Positions 55,835 to 64,000 of a DNA stretch of 64,000 nt are shown here, piece after piece. A model generated the notes under the pieces. That model was not told the origin of the DNA. It saw only the letters and a program-made list of their open reading frames with translations, and ran no database searches. The stretch spans positions 10,726,001-10,790,000 of the forward strand of contig OZ024753.1 of assembly GCA_964016885.1 (NCBI GenBank), read 5' to 3'. A program made the translations under genes and the position numbers. This DNA is from Eledone cirrhosa (taxonomy: Eukaryota). How positions within the stretch are numbered: the stretch's first letter is position 1; the number at the start of each line of letters is the position of its first letter.

Positions 55835-56690
55835 ATTTGTTCTGAGATTGTGTGTTGAAACTAAAGCAATTATATAGTAAAAGAGTAATTTTAGCAATGA
55901 TTGAAACATGTCTGGTAAGTGGCTTGATCTGAGACTGCGTTGTAACTAAAGCAATTAGATCATGGAAGAATCATTTTAGTGACAGTTGAAACATGTCTAG
56001 TAAGTGACTTGATCTGAGACTGTGTTGCAACTAAAGCAATTAGATCATGGAAGAATTATTTTAGCAACAGCTGTACACATCTAGCAAGTGGCTTGATCTG
56101 AGACTGTGTTGAAACTAAAGTAATTAGATCATGAAAGAGTCATTTTAGCAACAGTTGTATATGTCTAGTAAGTGGCTTGATCTGAGACTGTGTTGAAACT
56201 AAAGTAATTAGATCATGAAAGAGTCATTTTAGCAACAGTTTTATATGTCTAGTAAGTGTTTTGATCTGAGACACTGCATCCTTTACAACCTCCATGCTTC
56301 CTGAAATTCGCCAAAACTACACCTGATATCTCACTACACCCGATATCTCATGAAATACATGTGTGTGTGTGTGTACACACACACACATGTATTTCATGAC
56401 TCATACACTGTTCATTTTCCTGACATTTGAACATTATTCTATGTACTATACATGCACCTTTGATGAGTTGTAGTGCACCTGAGCAATGGACACAATAATT
56501 TCATTATTGTTATTATTAAAGCAATTAGATCATGGAAGAGTCATTTTAGCAACAACTGTACACATCTAACGAGTGGCTTGATTTGAGACTGTATTGATCC
56601 TAAAGCAATTACATTGTGGAAGAGTCATTTTACCTACAGTTGTATTTTTCTGTCAAATGGCTTGATCTAAAACCAAAACAATTACATCAT
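55835..56690. repeat. About 70-80 bp diverged tandem repeat, interrupted at about 56275-56515
   Basis: Recurrent gatctgagactgtgttgaaactaaagcaattagatcatggaagagtcattttagc. Confidence 0.8.
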
Positions 56691-56730
56691 AGAATAATCA
56701 GTCATTTTAACCATTCAAAAACACACAAAA

Positions 56731-57582
56731 CCCTTTAATGTTCAAACTGGCCAAAATTCTCTACCCCTTTCTGTTGAAACTGGCAGTAACTGGTCACTCA
56801 AACTGATGTTAAGGTATTGTTTTCAAAATAAATACTTTCAAAATCTCATAGATTCAATATTATGTGAGATAATTATGTGAGGTATAGCCTATACCATGAA
56901 AATATAATAGTATATATAGAGTAATATGAGTGCTAAAGGGTTAATGTTCAAACTGGCCCAAACCGGCCAGAATTCTCTACCCCTTTCTGTTGAAACTGGC
57001 AGTAACTGGTCACTTAAACTGATGTTAAGGTATTGTTTTCAAAATAAATACTTTCAAAATCTCATAGATTCAATATTATGTGAGATAATTATGCGAGGTA
57101 AAGCCTTGACCATGAAAATATAATAGTATATATAGAGTAATGTGAGTGCTAAAGGGTTAATGTTCAAACTGGCCCAAACCGGCCAGAATTCTCTACCCCT
57201 TTCTGTTGAAACTGGCAGTAACTGGTCACTCAAACTGATGTTAAGGTATTGTTTTCAAAATAAATACTTTCAAAATCTCATAGATTCAATATTATGAGAT
57301 ATAATTATGTGAGGTAAAGCCTTTACCATGAAAATATAATAGTATATATAGAGTAATGTGAGTGCTAAAGGGTTAATGTTCAAACTGGCCAGAATTCTCT
57401 ACCCCTTTCTGTTGAAACTGGCAGTAACCGGTCGCACAAACTGTTGTTAAGGTATTGTTTTCAAAATAAATACTTTCAAAATCTCATAGATTCGATATTA
57501 TGTGAGATAATTATGCGAGGTAAAGCCTTTACCATGAAAATATAATAGTATATATAGAGTAATGTGAATGCTAAAGGGTTAA
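56731..57582 (-). mobile_element. Tandem array of four copies of the same piggyBac-type MITE family (206-216 bp period)
   Basis: Each unit ends tagtatatatagagtaatgtga(g/a)tgctaaagggTTAA, the reverse complement of the 38583 MITE end. Confidence 0.75.
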
Positions 57583-57970
57583 CATATATTCTGTAAATTA
57601 CTATACATTCCTCAACAGACACATGCCCAATAGCCTAGATTTTACCCAAGTCTTGTGACTAAAACTGGGTAGACATAAACTGTGTGGAAACCGGTCGAAT
57701 GGTTTATACCTGTAAATTAAAGGGCCCAACATTTTATATTGAGATGCATACATTTGGCTTCAAAATTATTTTTAAAATGTCCATCTCTGCGGAATACTCA
57801 GCTAACATAAACGTTAATTTAATGCCGTGGTTCTCAGAGTGGTCACTACTGCCTCTATGATCATTGAAAAGGTCCAGCGGGGCATTGGTACCTAGAGGAG
57901 CGATGGGAGACGATAAGGGTGATATAATAGTATACTAAATATCAAATGATACATATTATATATAAATATA

Positions 57971-59180
57971 GGCGGTGGATTGACAGTATTGGTAGAGTGT
58001 CGGATGCCATGCTTTGGCGCATAGAGTTACGGCCCTTGCCATTCTGAGTTCAAATCCCGCCGAGGTTAACTTTGCCTTTCATCCTTACGGGGTCGATAAA
58101 ATAAAGTACCAGTAATACACTGGGTTATTGCTGGCCTTCTGCCTAACGTAGAAACAATTATATATAAATATAGTAAAATTAAAAAAATATAATATTTATT
58201 TATATATAGTATATATTATATTATTTATTATATATTTGGGAGAAGTTGGGTCACTTTATTCTGTGTTTCCCTTTTTAAGAATTTAAGGTTTCTTTGCCTT
58301 TCATCCTTACGGGGTCGATAAAATAAAGTACCAGTAATACACTGGGTTATTGCTGGCCTTCTGCCTAACGTAGAAACAATTATATATAAATATAGTAAAA
58401 TAAAAAAAATATAATATTTATTTATATATAGTATATATTATATTATTTATTATATATTTGGGAGAAGTTGGGTCACTATATTCTGTGTTTCCCTTTTTAA
58501 GAATTTAAGGTTTCTTTGCGTTTCATCCTTACGGGGTCGATAAAATAAAGTACCAGTAATACACTGGGTAATTGCTGGCCTTGTGCCTAACGTAGAAACA
58601 ATTATATATAAATATAGTAAAATAAAAAAAATATAATATTTATTTATATATAGTATATATTATATTATTTATTATATATTTGGGAGAAGTTGGGTCACTT
58701 TATTCTGTGTTTCCCTTTTTAAGAATTTAAGGTTTCTTTGCCTTTCATCCTTACGGGGTCGATAAAATAAAGTACCAGTAATACACTGGGTTATTGCTGG
58801 CCTTCTGCCTAACGTAGAAACAATTATATATAAATATAGTAAAATAAAAAAAATATAATATTTATTTATATATAGTATATATTATATTATTTATTATATA
58901 TTTGGGAGAAGTTGGGTCACTATATTCTGTGTTTCCCTTTTTAAGAATTTAAGGTTTCTTTGCGTTTCATCCTTACGGGGTCGATAAAATAAAGTACCAG
59001 TAATACACTGGGTAATTGCTGGCCTTGTGCCTAACGTAGAAACAATTATATATAAATATAGTAAAATAAAAAAAATATAATATTTATTTATATATAGTAT
59101 ATATTATATTATTTATTATATATTTGGGAGAAGTTGGGTCACTTTATTCTGTGTTTCCCTTTTTAAGAATTTAAGGTTTC
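57971..59180 (+). repeat. SINE family 1 followed by an about 222-bp tandem repeat (5 copies) containing the SINE 3' half
   Basis: Repeat phase at about 58071, 58294, 58516, 58738 and 58960. Confidence 0.85.
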
Positions 59181-59569
59181 TTTCTTCCTTTCTAACAAAA
59201 AGAAAAAGGTGGGTATGATGAATACAATTCATGTACAATTGCATGAATTAATATATTTGTATAACTTCTAGGGATTCATAAACATAAGCTAGTCCTTGTT
59301 TGGTTGCTACTCGTAGTATATATTATTTACAATTTGCATATAGGCAGGTCTTTCTGTAAATAGGGTTGGAGGTGGGTGGTGAGGGTGTTACGTGGCCGTG
59401 AGGGGGGCGGGGGGGCAGTGGCCCCAAAAATTTGAGAACACCCAAGTTTGGTCGGTCAGTCGAATACTCATCATGGAAAGCGATGAATGAGCCATTATCA
59501 TAAAGGTGTTGTTAGGAATATATGGTGATGTCCATCTTGTTATTTTGTATATTATGATGAAGCTGGATA

Positions 59570-60112
59570 TATTGGAGATGTTGGAGCGTGATGGGGTGGG
59601 TGTGATGCGGTGGGGGTATGGGGTGTGGGGGTGTAGGAGATGTTGGAAGGTGATGGGGTGGGTGATGGGGTGTGGGGGGTAGGAGATGTTGGGGTGTGGA
59701 GGTGTAGGAGATGTTGGGGTGATGGGGTGTTGGGGATGTTGGGGTGTGGAGGTGTAGGAAATGTTGGGGATGTTGGGGTGTTGGGGTGTAGATGTTAGGG
59801 GTGATGGGGTGTTGGGGTGTAGGAGATGTTAGGGGTGATGGGGTGTTGGGGTGTAGGAGATGTTAGGGGTGATGGGGTGTTGGAAGTGTTGGGGATTATT
59901 GACAGAGCAGTGGTGTTTATATAAACCAGTGCCAATAGTATAGTATTTATACAGAGGTATATGTGTGGCAAACACAGGCTACTACTACTACTATTGCTGC
60001 TACTACTACTACCACTGCTGCTGCTACTGCTGCTGCTGCTCCTACTGCTACTACCACTGCTGCTTCTACTGCTGCTGCTGCTGCTGCTACTACTACTACT
60101 ACTACTACTACT
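59570..60112. repeat. G-rich GGGGT minisatellite followed by a (CTA/CTG)n trinucleotide repeat
   Basis: Directly visible. Confidence 0.85.
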
Positions 60113-60255
60113 TATGTATGTGTATGGTTGCAGCTGAAAATATATCACTGAATTAAAACAAAAAATGTACACATACACACACACACACAGATGGATAAAC
60201 AGATAGATAAGCGCACACATAGCAGCTCAGGTTTTATACACACACACATATATTA

Positions 60256-60298
<43 letters not shown>

Positions 60299-60501
60299 TA
60301 AAAGGTAAAATCAATGTTCAATGAAATTGAGACTGAGTGTGGGAATGTATGTTTAGGTTAGGATTAGAGACGGATTTTAAGGGTTAGCCTTTGATAAGCC
60401 TGATCCCTAACTATTTAGGATATGTTTATAACTGATATCACTAGCGTTGGTTACAGAAGTTGCTGAAAGTTGAAGTTTAAATTACTGAGAGAGAGAGAGA
60501 G

Positions 60502-60538
<37 letters not shown>

Positions 60539-60561
60539 TGAGAGTGAGAGAGAGAGAGAGA

Positions 60562-60618
<57 letters not shown>

Positions 60619-63371
60619 TTGTATAACAACACAGGTTTTCAGAACAGACTTTCCTTGAAGTTAGAAAAATATTTTTGTTTTGCATTCGACTTCTGCGAAG
60701 AAGGATGTCTTGGAAACAAAATGTTTTAACTTTCAAGTGCTTATCACAGGACGAAACAAAGAGATGAAAAGAAAGGTAGAGAGACAGAGTATGTATGAAC
60801 GGGGAAGTGAGTTATTTTTAGCAGCTCATTTAGAAAAACTTTTGTGCATTGTTTCTGAAAAAACACTGTCTTATATAATAGGAGATATGATTTTAATAGA
60901 CACTACACCTAACACGATGTTAGACACACAAGTTGAATGATAACTGAAGCTAGTAACTGAGTTCTAGTTAAGGGGGATTGATGTAATTAAAAAAATAGAA
61001 CAACTTAGAAGATTAAAAAGTATCTCAACTATAATAAAGTAAGAAGCGCGGGACTGTGTACGGTTTATAATTTTTTTATCTCCTTAGTAAAATAAGTTGG
61101 ATTACTTTGAATAAATAATGAATGAATATTACATAATTTATCTACTAAATTTCGTGGCTGTTCATTAAATATATTTTATTACTTATTTAAAGATTCACTT
61201 CTTTAAAATTTTCAAATGTCAACACTTCCGGTTAGCGATCGTTTAAATAAATATTCATATATTTCTGTCACTAATTTTTGCCTAATGCAGTTTATATATA
61301 ATATCGTCTTTTTTTAATGTATCATGGATTACATTACTGATTACATAAGACAGTGTAACACAGTCTCTCTTCAATTTCTGTGTATATTGTCAATTACGAT
61401 TTTATTTGATGTATCATATCTACATGTATATATACTTGTGTATAATATCAATATACACACTACACATGCTAGCAGAAAAACCACTAGAGGGTGGTTTTTC
61501 TGCTAGTAATTGTTAAAAGAGAATGTGAAAATTTAGGGATACAAGAGTTATTTGAATGTCATTTTGAGGGTTCTATCAAATAAGAAGACTGCACACACGT
61601 ATTCATGCCTAAAACCATTTTCACTTTATGAACAAAAATCCACGAAGATCCCCTTATAGGAAGTGAAAACAAATTCCATATTGAAAAATGAAATTTGATG
61701 AGCTTCCCTAAGTTACAAATGATGTTCACCTGACTCCTGTCTTCCTTCCATTACCGAGAGATCGTATTTCAGAATCAAGAGAATTTGCCCAGAATTACAT
61801 GTCGTTTGGAAACGATCTACTGATATGAACAATCCGTTTCATTCACGGAAACCACAAAAAAAAAAAAAAAAAAAAGACTGTGATTCAAGCCTGAAGAATT
61901 CTCTGCTGTTCCCTGTAACTAATTAAAATTTAAACCTTAAAACATTAGCGAAATCAAAACAAGATCAAAATATCCTATTTTAAAAAGTAGTTGTTACATT
62001 ATTTCTACATTAAATCATTGTCGTATCATATAACAATGTAAAATCTTCAGTAACTCCGTGTGCTCCAGTGGGCAAACGTCTTTTACTATAGCCTCAGGTT
62101 GACCAATGCCTTGTGAAGGAATTTACTATCTCAAAACTGTGGATTAACTGAACTGTTAAATCGTCAAACGAGATGCATGTCCTCCGGTACAATTAATCTG
62201 CTGCAGGTTTAACATTCCCAACTCGATCACTTAACAAAGTTCACTCTTTATTAAGGATTCAGGCCGGGTTTCTGATTTGTGGTAATTTTCTTCCTCCCGC
62301 CATATTCAAAGGCCCCCCAAAAATATAAAAAAAGGATAATTCTATCTGTTCTTCCTTCAATAATGAGACGGTAAAAAAAAGAATAGAATTCACTGAACAT
62401 ATCTGACCAAGCAGACATCTATCAAAAGATGTTCTAGTCATGATATAATATATGTAGTCCGAATTCACTGAGCAGATGTGACCCGTAGTTTGTCTTCACT
62501 GAACAGATGTAACCCAGCAGAAATCTGTCAGAAGATGTTCTAGTTATTACATAATGTATGTAGTCCATCTTCACTTCTTGTGACTACAAGAGTGTCAGTT
62601 ACAAAGCTTGGCTAGATGTGGTTCCGCTGCAGCTGAAAACATTGCTGTCCTTTCTCATTAAACACTGCCAAGTCCAATGCTGTGCAGGGGTGTTCCAATA
62701 TGGGACATATCAGGAGGTGCTGCGTCGTCTGTGGTTTGTTAAACGTGGTTTATGTAGGACTACATTATCCAATGTGTTCTTTGATCTTATTTTAAATTAC
62801 TTCATTGCCTGGCGCCGAAGACGCTTCGTCCTCGAGGTCGCACCCTAATTTTGACAACCAAAAATTTAAAAAGGAAATAATAAACAACCTTCGGCCTCCA
62901 GGACGCATTGTAGATTTTTGACACTTATTTTAGGAAAAAAGTAGCGTCTTCGATGCCGGGAAATACTGTACATAGTGTGGTTTAAAAGTCTGGAGATATA
63001 TTCTTCTGAACATTATCGCATAAAAGCAAAAAATATTGTCAACGCACCAATGATTTAATGTAATCTTAGATACACTGTTATCTTTTTGATCATAGGCTTG
63101 TACTATCATTGCTGACCTGGGGCTAAATAAAAACAACAATATCATCATCATCAACAACAAAAACCACATAAAGTCTGTAGAAACATTGCTTGTGCTGAAA
63201 AAGATAAGAATTTCATTCCTGACAAGTCTGACACTTATGTAGAAAAAAAAAGGGCCAAACATTGATTTTATACATGAAACAGAACCAATGTTTGATTGAA
63301 TAACGATCTTTTGTTTTGGTTAGTTTTTGTTTACTGAAGCCTTATAGGAAGATTGAATTGGGAAGAGAATA

Positions 63372-63550
63372 GCTGAGGGGTGGGAAGAGGTGGCTGAGGG
63401 GTGGGAGGTGGTGGCTGAGGGGTGGGAGGTGGTGACTGAGGGGTGAGAGGAGGTGGCTGAGGGGTGGGAGGAGGTGGGGAAGGTGGCCGAGGGGTGGAAA
63501 GGGTGGGGGAGGTGGCCAAGGGGTGGGAGGGGGAGGAGGAGGTGGCCGGG
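63372..63550. repeat. 21-bp G-rich minisatellite
   Basis: Unit ggtggctgaggggtgggaggt. Confidence 0.85.
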
Positions 63551-64000
63551 TGTCTACATGTGTGATAGGTTGTAGGTGTATGTTTTATTTATATCGTATT
63601 TTAGTTAAAGGTCAATCAATGTTGCCTGTATTTACAATAGAGAGAGGGGGAGGGAAGGAGGGGGTGATGGAGAGAGTATGTGTGTGTGATAGAGAGAAAG
63701 AGTATGTGTGTGCGAAGGGGGGGGGGGGGGGGGGTATGTGTGTGTGTGTGTATGTTTGAGAGAGAGAGAGAGAGAGAGGAAGAGAGAATGTGAGAGAGAG
63801 AGAGAGAGAGATAGTATGTCTATGTGCGTGTGAGAGAGAGAGAGTGTGTATGTATGTGTGTGTATGTGAGAGAGAGAGAGGGAGTGTGTGTATGTGTGTG
63901 TGAGAGAGAGTGTGTGTATGTGTGTGCATGAGAGAGAGAGTGTGTGTATGTGTGTGCATGAGAGAGAGAGTGTGTGTATGTGTGTGCATGAGAGAGAGAG

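Noticed and set aside
57971-58062. tRNA gene
   Set aside because: The A and B boxes continue into the SINE body and many diverged copies exist, so this is a SINE head.
62380-62850. Possible upstream (Frizzled/Ig) exon of the RTK
   Set aside because: No recognisable domain or splice-bounded minus-strand frame was found; part of it is a local diverged duplication.

Overview
Very AT- and microsatellite-rich animal genomic DNA, probably a cephalopod such as Octopus; this is inferred from repeat style and the SINE families, not confirmed. One host gene is visible: the 3' part of a minus-strand MuSK/Nrk-type receptor tyrosine kinase, with a Kringle exon (46263-46021, absent from the ORF track) and a single TM+kinase exon (44049-42878). 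Its upstream exons were not found. The rest is repeats: two tRNA-SINE families, RTE, CR1-type and CRE LINE fragments, a maT/mariner fragment, piggyBac-type MITEs, a 6.4 kb 27-bp satellite and many minisatellites. Almost all ORFs in the track are microsatellite artefacts. Two hidden RNA-structure systems stand out. (1) Several short element families embedded in (TA)n tracts, unrelated in sequence, carry minimal type-I hammerhead ribozyme motifs (complete at 9010-9050, 11547-11587 and 18354-18418). They fold back into long palindromes at or near the ribozyme core, and four of the families share a downstream ACTC-N11-16-GAGTRC hairpin; this fits non-autonomous Penelope-like or retrozyme-like elements. 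(2) Bipartite non-autonomous RTE elements pair the end of their 5' part with the start of their 3' part through a co-varying 12-14 bp stem with a conserved bulged G. All structures were read by eye and nothing was computed.
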